In this document: one piece after another, positions 1 through 7,789 of the stretch
Numbering within the stretch: position 1 is the stretch's first letter
Layout of the letters: each line of letters opens with the position of its first letter
Source of the DNA: Ignicoccus hospitalis KIN4/I
Lineage (GTDB): Archaea; Thermoproteota; Thermoprotei_A; Sulfolobales; Ignicoccaceae
Assembly: GCF_000017945.1 (NCBI RefSeq)
Contig: NC_009776.1
Location: forward strand, 330,001 to 362,000
Length of the DNA stretch: 32,000 nucleotides
Direction: 5' to 3'
Program-made: the position numbers and the translations under genes
The notes under the pieces: model-generated
The model's database searches: none
Told to the model about the DNA's origin: nothing
The model's input: the letters and a program-made list of their open reading frames with translations, nothing else

Positions 1-527
1 AGCTCGCCGAGCAAGAACAGCCCGAAGGTGGCTAGGACCCCGTTGCGGAGCATCCTCCTCTCGTGCTCGTGGAGCGCGGGCCACAAGTAGCACAAGAACT
101 GGTATATTATATAGGGGGCAGAAATCACCAGGGCGCCCCAAATTATAACCATGACGTAGGCGTTGAACAAGCTCTCAGCGTGACATATTACGGGCTTAAC
201 CCCCATGTGCATAATTGCCAACGTTATTATTCTGAGGAGCGCAACCATCGCCGGTACGTAGCCTATCCACTTTATCAGCTCCGCTATGTACTGGGCCCCT
301 ACGGCGTTGCCCACGTCCTCGGGGCTGCAGTACAAGTGCATGAGGGGACACGTGACCCAGTTTATGGGGAAGAGGGCCACTAAGAGTAAGGCTAAGAAGA
401 AGGCGACTATGGACCTCCTTATAGTCTTTAACAACTCCTCCAAGTGGTAGGTGATGTCTTCTACCCTCTCCGCCTCTTCAACGTTGCACTCGAAGGGGGA
501 CTTCAGCTTCTTTATCAATGACTTCAA
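1..527 (-). CDS. tatC: Sec-independent (twin-arginine) translocase subunit TatC. This is the N-terminal part; the gene runs off the left edge of the window.
   Basis: The ORF is absent from the ORF track because it is truncated by the window edge. My minus-strand translation from TTG (527-525) reads ...ITYHLEELLKTIRRSIVAFFLALLLVALFP...VISAPYIIYQFLCYLWPALHEHERRMLRNGVLATFGLFLLGEL. This matches the TatC 'HLxELRxR' N-terminal helix and the 'YQxxxFxxPxLxxxER' motif. An in-frame stop lies just upstream, at 558-556. The 63-383 (+) ORF is its antisense shadow. Confidence 0.65.
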   Translation of the reverse strand, partial: MKSLIKKLKSPFECNVEEAERVEDITYHLEELLKTIRRSIVAFFLALLLVALFPINWVTCPLMHLYCSPEDVGNAVGAQYIAELIKWIGYVPAMVALLRIITLAIMHMGVKPVICHAESLFNAYVMVIIWGALVISAPYIIYQFLCYLWPALHEHERRMLRNGVLATFGLFLLGE

Positions 528-675
528 CGCTTCCGTGTCCCAGCCCCTTGGGGGCTAGCTAGATTTAGGCTTGCGGGTCGGTCGAGGCTCTCCGTTCACC
601 GCCTCACCCCTTACGAGCTACCTCATCCCCGCGGGCGCCTCAAAAGCTCTCGTCCGGCCCCTCGGGGGGCGGGCG

Positions 676-1179
676 TTGAAGGTAGTTGTGGGGAGCGCCA
701 ACCTCGTCAAGGTGAGAGCCGTAAAGGAGGCCTTGGAAGAGCTGGGGATAGAGGCGGAGGTGGAGGCCTTAGAAGTCCCCAGCGGGGTGCCCCCGCTCCC
801 AGTGGGGGAGGAGGTCTTCCGGGGGGCGGAGAACAGGGCCTCGGCCGCCGCCGAGCGCGGCGACGTAGGAGTGGGCTTGGAGTCTGGACTCTTCCTCTTG
901 AATGGGAAGTTGTTCATGATATCGGTGGCAGCCGTGAAGGCAGAGGGACTCCACTTCGGCCTGTCCCCAGGCTTCGAGCTGCCGGAGTCGTGGGCCCCTA
1001 AGGTACTGAAGGACACGTCGGAATTCTACAAGATGATGGAGGCGTACGGGGGGAGGGAGTTGGGGAAGGGGAAAGGGTTGGTGGGGGTCCTCACGAAGGG
1101 CGTGGTGACGAGGAAGGACTTCTGTAAGATGGCCGTCATAATGGCGTTTTCAAAGGCGTTTAACGAGGTTTGGCGGTAG
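676..1179 (+). CDS. Non-canonical purine NTP phosphatase (inosine/xanthosine triphosphatase, YjjX/DUF84 family)
   Basis: LKVVVGSANLVKVRAVKEALEE... matches the family N-terminus (MKVAVGSxNPVKxxAV). GVGLESG and the C-terminal KGLVGVLTKGVVTRKD also fit. I place the start at in-frame TTG 676, because the 571 start would add a 35-aa low-complexity extension. Confidence 0.6.
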   Translation: MKVVVGSANLVKVRAVKEALEELGIEAEVEALEVPSGVPPLPVGEEVFRGAENRASAAAERGDVGVGLESGLFLLNGKLFMISVAAVKAEGLHFGLSPGFELPESWAPKVLKDTSEFYKMMEAYGGRELGKGKGLVGVLTKGVVTRKDFCKMAVIMAFSKAFNEVWR

Positions 1180-1184
1180 TCGAA

Positions 1185-1193
1185 CATAATATC
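1185..1193 (+). promoter_or_regulatory. Candidate TATA box for the HMGCS operon
   Basis: 'cataatatc' is the only AT-rich element in the 66-nt gap upstream of TTG 1246. A GGTGA Shine-Dalgarno-like element lies just before the start codon. Confidence 0.3.
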
Positions 1194-1245
1194 AGACCAG
1201 CGTCTTAACTCCGCCTCCCCTTAGAGGGCGCGGAGCGGTGAAACC

Positions 1246-2289
1246 TTGGTCGGCATAGCGGGCTGGGGGGCCTACGTGCCCCTCTACAGAGTCTCCACAG
1301 AAGAGATAGCGCTTCACTGGGGCTCCGACCCTAAGGTCCCCTTATCCTTGGGCGTGAAGGAGAAGTCCGTCGCGGGGCCTGACGAGGACTCGGTAACCAT
1401 AGCGTGGGAGGCCGCGGTAAACGCCTTGACGAGGGCCCAAGTGGACCCTAAAGACGTAGGGATGGTCTTCATAGGCTCCGAGTCCAAGCCCTACGCGGTC
1501 AAGCCCTCCTCCACGATAATTGCCGACGCCCTAGGGATAGCTCCAGAGACCATGGCAGTGGACGCGGAGTTCGCTTGCAGGGCAGCAAGCGAGGGCTTGC
1601 GCCACGCGCTGGTCTTGGTGAGCGAGGGGGCGGTGAGGCACGCGTTGATAATAGGGACCGACACCGCCCAAGGGGCGCCCGGGGACGTCTTGGAGTACAC
1701 GGCCGCCTCCGGCGGGGCGGCCTTCGTGGTCTCCAACGAAAACGTCGTCGCCAACTTCCTCGACGCCTACACCTTCGTTACCGATACCCCGGACTTCTGG
1801 AGGCGCGACGGGAGCCAGTTCCCCGCCCACGGGGAGGGCTTCACCGGGGAGCCGGCCTACTTCTACCACTTGTACAACGCCATAAAAGAGCTGATGGAGA
1901 GGAACTCGTTAAAGCCCTCGGACGTGGCCTACTTCGTCCCCCACCAGCCCAACGTGAGGTTCCCCATGAAGCTGGCGAAGATGTTGGGCTTCAAGAGGGA
2001 ACAGCTAATGATAGGCTTGACCACAGCTGACATAGGGAACACCTACAACGCCTCTGCCTTCCTAGGGATGACGAGGGTACTCGACAACGCGTCGCCGGGC
2101 GACTTGGTGCTGATGGCGCCGTTCGGCTCGGGGGCGGGGGCGGACGCTTACCTCTTCGAGGTTACGGACAGGGTGGAGGAGGCCAAGGCCTTGGCGCCCA
2201 CCACGCAGAGCTACATAGAGAGGAGGAAGGTTATAGACTACGCGACCTACTTGCGGTTCAGGAACAAGATAAAGAAGTTGGCGAGGTGA
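1246..2289 (+). CDS. Archaeal hydroxymethylglutaryl-CoA synthase
   Basis: N-terminus VGIAGWGAYVPLYRV. Catalytic Cys in AVDAEFACRAAS, His in FVPHQPNVRF, and GNTYNASAFLG are all present. It is followed by thiolase-like and DUF35 genes in the conserved archaeal arrangement. Confidence 0.85.
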   Translation: MVGIAGWGAYVPLYRVSTEEIALHWGSDPKVPLSLGVKEKSVAGPDEDSVTIAWEAAVNALTRAQVDPKDVGMVFIGSESKPYAVKPSSTIIADALGIAPETMAVDAEFACRAASEGLRHALVLVSEGAVRHALIIGTDTAQGAPGDVLEYTAASGGAAFVVSNENVVANFLDAYTFVTDTPDFWRRDGSQFPAHGEGFTGEPAYFYHLYNAIKELMERNSLKPSDVAYFVPHQPNVRFPMKLAKMLGFKREQLMIGLTTADIGNTYNASAFLGMTRVLDNASPGDLVLMAPFGSGAGADAYLFEVTDRVEEAKALAPTTQSYIERRKVIDYATYLRFRNKIKKLAR

Positions 2290-3356
2290 GGCCGTTGTAC
2301 GTCTGCTCGGCCAACGTGGTGAAGGTCGATAGGCACTACGACAAGAGCTCTTCTGCCTTGGCCGTGGAGGCCCTCGCGCCGGTGGTGGAGGCGTGCGGCG
2401 AGCCCGACGCGCTGGTAGTTAGCACTTACTTGTCCCGCTACCAAGAGTCCTTCGGCAACTTGGGAGCGCTCTTGGCCGAGTACTTGGGCTTCAAGGGGGA
2501 GGTGTACGAGGTCTCCGCCGGGGAGGCCTCGGGGGGCGCGGCGGTGGCTCTCGCATACAAGCTCGTTAGGTCGGGCCTCAAGAGGGTACTGGTAGTGGGG
2601 GTGGACAAGACTAACGACTTCCAGTCAAAGAAGGCCGTGAAACACTTACAAACCCTCTTAAGTCCTTACGAGTCCTTCTACGGCCTGACCTACGCCGGCG
2701 CCCACGCGCTCGCTGCCTCCTTGTACATGAAGGAGTTCAACGTCAGTAGGGAGGAGCTCGCCCACTGGGCGGTGGTCATGCACGACAACGCCACCGCCGT
2801 GCCCCACGCACAGCTGAGGTTCCCGGTGACGGTCGAGAAGGTCTTGAACTCCAACTCCGTAGCGGAGCCCTTGAAGCTCTTGGACTCTCACCCGTTCAGC
2901 GACGGGGCCGCGGCGGTCATGCTTACTTCCGAGACCTCGCCAGTAGCCTTGGAAGTCGCGGCAGCTTCGTCCAAACTGACTTTGGCAGAGAGGGACTTAA
3001 CTTTCATGGAAAGCGCCAAGGCGGCGATGGAGGCCTTGGGGAACCCGGAGCCGGAGGCGGTGGAGGTCCACGACCCCTTCAGCGTGGCCGGCGTCATAGC
3101 GCTCGAGTCCTTAGGCCTCGCCCCTAGGGGGAAGGGCATTAAGTACTTGTTAGAGAACGCCCACTCGGTCAACCCCTCTGGGGGGTTGAAGGCGAGGGGT
3201 CACCCGGTGGGGGCCACGGGGGTTTACCAAGTGGCCGAGGGCTTCCTCGCGATAACCTCCGGCCTGGGCAAGCTGGGCAAGGTCAGCAGTTTCTTGGCCC
3301 ACAGTTCCAACTTGATGGGGGCTACTACGTACTTAACGTACATGAGGGAGGTGTAA
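2286..3356 (+). CDS. Thiolase-fold protein (partner of HMGCS/DUF35) lacking the catalytic cysteines
   Basis: Thiolase landmarks are present: VLVVGVDKTND, VTVEKVLNSNSVAEPLKLLD, SDGAAAVMLTS, VNPSGGLKARGHPVGATG. The start overlaps the HMGCS stop as GTGA. The nucleophile signature reads SAGEASGG instead of xxCASGG (see findings). Confidence 0.8.
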   Translation: MRPLYVCSANVVKVDRHYDKSSSALAVEALAPVVEACGEPDALVVSTYLSRYQESFGNLGALLAEYLGFKGEVYEVSAGEASGGAAVALAYKLVRSGLKRVLVVGVDKTNDFQSKKAVKHLQTLLSPYESFYGLTYAGAHALAASLYMKEFNVSREELAHWAVVMHDNATAVPHAQLRFPVTVEKVLNSNSVAEPLKLLDSHPFSDGAAAVMLTSETSPVALEVAAASSKLTLAERDLTFMESAKAAMEALGNPEPEAVEVHDPFSVAGVIALESLGLAPRGKGIKYLLENAHSVNPSGGLKARGHPVGATGVYQVAEGFLAITSGLGKLGKVSSFLAHSSNLMGATTYLTYMREV

Positions 3357-3359
3357 GCC

Positions 3360-3755
3360 GTGGAGATAAGTCCGGCTGCTGTTTGGAGGGAGAAGCCCTA
3401 TAGGTATAGGCTAGAGGTGAGGAGGTGCCCCAGCTGCAAGAGGGTGTTCAGAGAGGAGGTGACCCACTGCCCGAGGTGCGGCGTCGAGACCGTTAGGGAG
3501 AGGCTCCCTTGGAGGGGCAAGCTGCTGGCTTGGACCAAGATCTGCCAAGTGCCGGAGGGGTTCGAGGACCAAGCCCCCTTGTACGTGGGGCTGGTGGAAC
3601 TGGAGAACGGGGAGAGGGTGGTGGCTAGGCTGACGGACGTAATGGAAGAGCCGAAGGAGGGCTCGGAGGTCCAAGCGGTGCTCAGAAAGGTTAGAGCCGA
3701 CGGGGAGACGGGCTTGATAGAGTACGCGCTCTTCTTTAGGGTTATTCCAAAATGA
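3360..3755 (+). CDS. DUF35 zinc-ribbon/OB-fold protein (scaffold of the thiolase/HMGCS complex)
   Basis: CPSCKRVFREEVTHCPRCG is a 4-Cys zinc ribbon, followed by an OB-fold-like segment (LLAWTKICQ...LYVGLVELENGERVVARL). It begins 3 nt after the thiolase-like gene. Confidence 0.8.
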   Translation: MEISPAAVWREKPYRYRLEVRRCPSCKRVFREEVTHCPRCGVETVRERLPWRGKLLAWTKICQVPEGFEDQAPLYVGLVELENGERVVARLTDVMEEPKEGSEVQAVLRKVRADGETGLIEYALFFRVIPK

Positions 3756-5175
3756 TCACTTTCCTCACCTTTTTGTAGGCCGCTACCCTCTTGTTCACGA
3801 AGTCCATTATTTCCTCCGGGGTGGCCTTGCAGCCCTCCTTGAGCTTTACCTTCGCTACGGGTATCTGGCCCACTTCGCCCGCCGGCTCGCCCACGACCTC
3901 CGCTTCGGCTACGCACGGGTGCTTGAGCAGTATCAGCTCTAAGTCCTTGGGGAATATCGGATAACCCTTGTACTTCAACATCCTCTTCCTTACCCCTCTG
4001 AAGTAATAGAAGCCCTCCTCGTCCTTGGCGAGTATGTCGCCCGTCCTCATCCAGACCTTTCCGTTAACCTCAACGAAGGCCTTGGAGTTCTCCTCCGGGT
4101 CGGGGTAACACTTCATCACTTGGGGACCTCTCACTAGGAGCTCCCCTTGGTCCTCCACGGGCTCTAGGGTCTCCGGGTTCACCAGCAAGGCCTCCACGCC
4201 GGGCAAGGGGAAGCCCAAGCTGCCGATCTTGTGCTTCTCCGGGGTGGTCGCGAATATCTGAGGGGCCTCAGTCATGCCGTAGACTTGCAGCAGCGGCTTG
4301 CCGGTGAGCTCCTCCCACCTCCTCTGGTCGTCGGGAGGCAAGTAGGCGCCGCCGCTCATCGCCCACCTCAAGCTCTGACCTAGGGACTTGACGAACTCCT
4401 CGTCCTCCTTCATGAGGGTTTGGAACACCAAGGGGACCGCCACCAAGTAGGTGGGGCTCCTCCTGGCTACCATTTCCTTTATTTTATCCATGTTGAACTT
4501 CTTGAGCAACAAGGCAGTGGCTCCGGAGACCAGCGCGCTGAGGAGGGCCGCGTCCAAGCCCAACACGTGGGTTAGGGGAACCGTAACCAAGCTCACGTCG
4601 TTAGCATTTATCCCTTCAGCCTGTACGAGGGGCATTATAGCCCCGGTGAAGGAGCGGTGGGAGTGGATCACTTGCATGGTCCTCCCCGCGATGCCGGCGT
4701 AGTAGAAGACCCTCGCGTCGTCCTCGTAGCCCACGACGACCTCGTGCTCCCCGGAGGCGGAGGAGAGGTCCTTCTCTGTGAGGACCGCGTAGCCCTTCAA
4801 GGTCTCGCTCTCCCTCTGGAGGACCTCCTCGTCCGCCAGCACGACCTTCGGGGCGCTGTCGTTGAGCTGGAAGGCTAGGTCTTCCTTCTGGGTCAAGGCG
4901 TCCACTATGACGACCCTCGCCCCCGCGTAGAGGGCCCCCAACAGCGAGGTGACGAACTCCGGCCTGTTGAACATTATTAGGAAGACGGTGTCGCACTTCC
5001 TTACCTTGTTTTCGTACAGCAAGTTAGCGACGGCCTTAGCCTTCGATATCAAGTCTTTGTAGGTCAGTTCGGTCCCGTCCTCGTATACCAGAGCTACCTT
5101 GTCCGGGCTCTCCCGCGCCCTCTCTTCTATTATCTTATGGACGGGCTTGCCGGGGTCGTGGTACACCGGGGCCAC
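3742..5175 (-). CDS. ANL-superfamily (AMP-dependent synthetase/ligase-like) protein, atypical
   Basis: A5 YGMTEA, A7 WMRTGD and A8 FRGVRKRMLKYKGYPIFPKDLE are present. The P-loop region reads YYAGIAGRTMQV, and the protein ends right after AAYKKVRKVIILE (see findings). GTG start. Confidence 0.8.
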   Translation of the reverse strand: MAPVYHDPGKPVHKIIEERARESPDKVALVYEDGTELTYKDLISKAKAVANLLYENKVRKCDTVFLIMFNRPEFVTSLLGALYAGARVVIVDALTQKEDLAFQLNDSAPKVVLADEEVLQRESETLKGYAVLTEKDLSSASGEHEVVVGYEDDARVFYYAGIAGRTMQVIHSHRSFTGAIMPLVQAEGINANDVSLVTVPLTHVLGLDAALLSALVSGATALLLKKFNMDKIKEMVARRSPTYLVAVPLVFQTLMKEDEEFVKSLGQSLRWAMSGGAYLPPDDQRRWEELTGKPLLQVYGMTEAPQIFATTPEKHKIGSLGFPLPGVEALLVNPETLEPVEDQGELLVRGPQVMKCYPDPEENSKAFVEVNGKVWMRTGDILAKDEEGFYYFRGVRKRMLKYKGYPIFPKDLELILLKHPCVAEAEVVGEPAGEVGQIPVAKVKLKEGCKATPEEIMDFVNKRVAAYKKVRKVIILE

Positions 5176-5204
5176 CGCCCTCGGCTAGAGAAGGAAGGAA
5201 ATAT

Positions 5205-5582
5205 TTACTCCGGCTCCCACTCCTCTTCTCCCTCCTCCTCCGCGCCCTCCAACAAGGACTCGTCCGCCTCGTAGCCCTCCTCTTCTGTCAAAAACGACTT
5301 CAGCTCGTCTATGGGGACGTCAACTATAGCTATCTCGTTGGCCTCTTTACCCTTAACGACTATCAGGGTTTTGTTCCCCACCCCGAAGGCCTTGAACTTG
5401 CCCTCGCTGCCCTCCACCTCCAAAGAGCCCTCCCCTTCCTTAACCTCGCCCACCTCCCCCAAGTAGAGGGGAACTACGTTCCGGAAGGTCTCCCCGTCTA
5501 TGAACGCGAGGAACACCTTTTTGCCCTTCAGAGCCTCCGTTAACTCCTCCACCGCCTTCTGTCCCAGCTCGACCCTCTCCAA
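5205..5582 (-). CDS. Hypothetical small protein with a Trp-containing acidic C-terminal tail
   Basis: 125-aa ORF, co-directional and tightly spaced between the EamA and ANL genes. The tail is ...EADESLLEGAEEEGEEEWEPE. I recognise no family. Confidence 0.5.
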   Translation of the reverse strand: MERVELGQKAVEELTEALKGKKVFLAFIDGETFRNVVPLYLGEVGEVKEGEGSLEVEGSEGKFKAFGVGNKTLIVVKGKEANEIAIVDVPIDELKSFLTEEEGYEADESLLEGAEEEGEEEWEPE

Positions 5583-5615
5583 AGCCCTTGACCCTTCGAG
5601 CCCTCCGACCTCGAG

Positions 5616-6473
5616 CTAAGAAGTTGACAGCCTCTTGAGGTAGTCGAGGGTCACCAGGGCCAGGGCGAGCAAGATCAAGGCCGCCCCGGCCAGCTGGGGG
5701 CCGCTCAAGGCCTCCCCGAGGGAGGCGGAGGCCAAGGCCAAGGTGAGCAATGGCAAGGCGTTTATGTAGACCCCGGCCCTCGCCGCCCCCACGAGGTTGA
5801 CCGAGTAGAGCCAGAGGAAGTAGGCCAAGAACCCCGGCACGAGGGAGACGTAGAGCAGCCCAGCGAGCACCTCGGGGTCCGCCATGGGGGCGAGGGAGAA
5901 GAACGGGAGGGCCAAGAGGAAGTTGAAGGGTTGGGCCATCAGCGCGTTGCTCGTGAGGGACTCTATCGGCGAGAGCTCCCGCATGGCCTTCTTGGAGGCT
6001 ACCGTGTAAACTGCCCAGTCCAGAGCCGCCAGAGAGCCCAGCAGCGCGCCCAGCCAAGAGAGCCCGGAGCTGTCCAGTGTTAGCAGCGTTACGCCCGTAG
6101 AGCCCGCGGCCACCGAGGCGATCAGCAACGGGGTGAGCCTCTCCTTTAGGAACGCCGCGGCCAACACTGAAGTGAATATAGGGATTAGAGCCATCGTAAG
6201 CCCGACCACGGAGGCCTTTGCGTAGGTGAGGCCTAAGTAGGTGAGGGCGCTGAAGCCGGTTATGCCCGTCAAGGAAGGCAACAAGAGCTCCTTGCTCAAG
6301 ACCACTCGCAAGCCCTTGAGCCTCGAGTAGGCGTAGAGCAATGCCCCGGCTATCGCCCAGCGGAGGGCGGTCAAGGTCATCGCGTGGAGGCCCTTAGATA
6401 TGACGACCTTCGAGACCACGAAGTTGGTTGCCCACAAGAACTGCGGTATTAAGGGCACCAGCGCCTCTATCAT
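5616..6473 (-). CDS. EamA/DMT-family membrane transporter
   Basis: 285 aa with about 10 hydrophobic segments and a two-fold EamA-like repeat (FLWATNFVVSKVVI... and ALDWAVYTVASKKA...). Confidence 0.75.
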   Translation of the reverse strand: MIEALVPLIPQFLWATNFVVSKVVISKGLHAMTLTALRWAIAGALLYAYSRLKGLRVVLSKELLLPSLTGITGFSALTYLGLTYAKASVVGLTMALIPIFTSVLAAAFLKERLTPLLIASVAAGSTGVTLLTLDSSGLSWLGALLGSLAALDWAVYTVASKKAMRELSPIESLTSNALMAQPFNFLLALPFFSLAPMADPEVLAGLLYVSLVPGFLAYFLWLYSVNLVGAARAGVYINALPLLTLALASASLGEALSGPQLAGAALILLALALVTLDYLKRLSTS

Positions 6474-6506
6474 GCTCTATCCGCGAGGGGCGGGGGGCGC
6501 TTGCTA

Positions 6507-6827
6507 TTAAGCGGTCACGAGTATCATCTGGGCGTAAGGGACCCCGGCCACCTTGCCCACCGCCTTCGGGTGGACGAAGCCTCCCTCCACGGCCAGCCTC
6601 ACCGACCTCTCGCCTATTACGTAAAGCGAGGTGGCGGCGGACATCCTAGCTAGGGCGACGTCCTCGTCGACCAGCTCTCCCTTGAAGAAGTACTCGTCAA
6701 CCTTTAGCACTTTCTCTCCCTCCTTGAACTCCTTGCCCATCAGCTCCTCGTCAACCACCGCAACGATGACGTGGCCCTCCACTTCGTGGACCTTTACCCA
6801 GAACAGCCTCTCCTCCAAGGCGTCCAC
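6507..6827 (-). CDS. DUF424-family archaeal protein
   Basis: FWVKVHEVEGHVIVAVVDEELMGKEF...EYFFKGELV...VGKVAGVPYAQM matches my memory of the DUF424 pattern (VKVY..x..VAaCDeeLlGK...GVPhA). The GTG start lies 1 nt after the upstream gene's stop. Confidence 0.5.
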   Translation of the reverse strand: MDALEERLFWVKVHEVEGHVIVAVVDEELMGKEFKEGEKVLKVDEYFFKGELVDEDVALARMSAATSLYVIGERSVRLAVEGGFVHPKAVGKVAGVPYAQMILVTA

Positions 6828-6828
6828 C

Positions 6829-7755
6829 TCACTGGAGCCCTAAGGCCTCTAAGATCCTCTGGGCGACCTCCAAGGAGGTCCTCCTCTGGGCCTCCTCCGT
6901 CTGGGCTCCTATGTGGGCGGTAGCGAACGTCCTCGGGTGTCTAATCAGCTTGAGTAGCTCCTCGCTCTTCGGGGGCTCCTCCGGGTAGACGTCCAGCCCT
7001 ACCCCCCACAGCTTGCCGCTCTCCAAGGCCTCGAGCAACGCGGAGTAGTCTGCCACTTCCCCCCTGGCCGCGTTGATCAATATGGCCCCGTCCTTCATTA
7101 TCTTGATCCGGTCCCTATTTATCATGTTTCTGGTCTGCTCCGTTAAGGGGACGTGTAAGCTGACCACGTCGGACTTCCTCAAGAGCTCCTCCAAGTCTTG
7201 GGTGAACTCTACGCCCATCTCCTTCGCGGTCTCGCTCAAGTCTACAACGTCGTAGGCGATTACGTTCATTCCCAACGCCTTGGCCTTCTTCGCAACCTCC
7301 CGGCCTATCCTGCCGAAGCCGACCACGCCCAAGGTCTTGCCGGCGAGCTCAAAGCCCATCACCTTCTCCCACTCGCCCTCCAAGAGCTTACGGTAGCTGT
7401 AGTGCGCCCTGCGGGCTAGAACAACCATCATTCCTATTACCAGCTCTGCCACCGCGTTCTTCAAAGCGTCGGGCGCGTTCACGACCTTTATTCCTTTTTC
7501 CTTCGCGGCCTCTAGGTCTATGTTGTCCAGCCCGCTCCCCGCTCTGGCGATTACCTTGAGCTTGTCCGCCGCCTCTATAACTTCTCTCCTAACCTTAGTC
7601 CTGCTCCTTACTATCAACACGTCAAACCCCTTTATCCTCTCCTTGAGGACCTCCGGCTTGTAGGCCTCCAAGTCCTCCACTACTTCTATTCCCTTTTCCC
7701 TCAAGAGCTCGAGGCCCGCGGGGTGCACCTTGTCCGTTACGAGAGCCCTATACAT
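6829..7755 (-). CDS. D-isomer-specific 2-hydroxyacid dehydrogenase (SerA-like phosphoglycerate dehydrogenase without an ACT domain)
   Basis: NAD-binding motif [27 protein letters not shown]. The catalytic Arg/Glu/His are present ([21 protein letters not shown]). Confidence 0.85.
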   Translation of the reverse strand: MYRALVTDKVHPAGLELLREKGIEVVEDLEAYKPEVLKERIKGFDVLIVRSRTKVRREVIEAADKLKVIARAGSGLDNIDLEAAKEKGIKVVNAPDALKNAVAELVIGMMVVLARRAHYSYRKLLEGEWEKVMGFELAGKTLGVVGFGRIGREVAKKAKALGMNVIAYDVVDLSETAKEMGVEFTQDLEELLRKSDVVSLHVPLTEQTRNMINRDRIKIMKDGAILINAARGEVADYSALLEALESGKLWGVGLDVYPEEPPKSEELLKLIRHPRTFATAHIGAQTEEAQRRTSLEVAQRILEALGLQ

Positions 7756-7789
7756 CTGGGGACGCCGCTGACCCCCCGCAAAAAGGGGC

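Noticed and set aside
63-383. A 106-aa plus-strand ORF at the left edge of the window.
   Set aside because: The opposite strand across 1-527 encodes a clear TatC N-terminal region. The plus ORF has an odd composition (His, Tyr and Asn runs) and no start context.
571-675. Long N-terminal extensions implied by the longest-ORF starts at 571, 10953, 11275, 21163, 24751 and 25400.
   Set aside because: In each case the extension is Gly/Arg/Pro-rich and low-complexity, overlaps the upstream gene or promoter element, and precedes a downstream in-frame start that gives the canonical family N-terminus.
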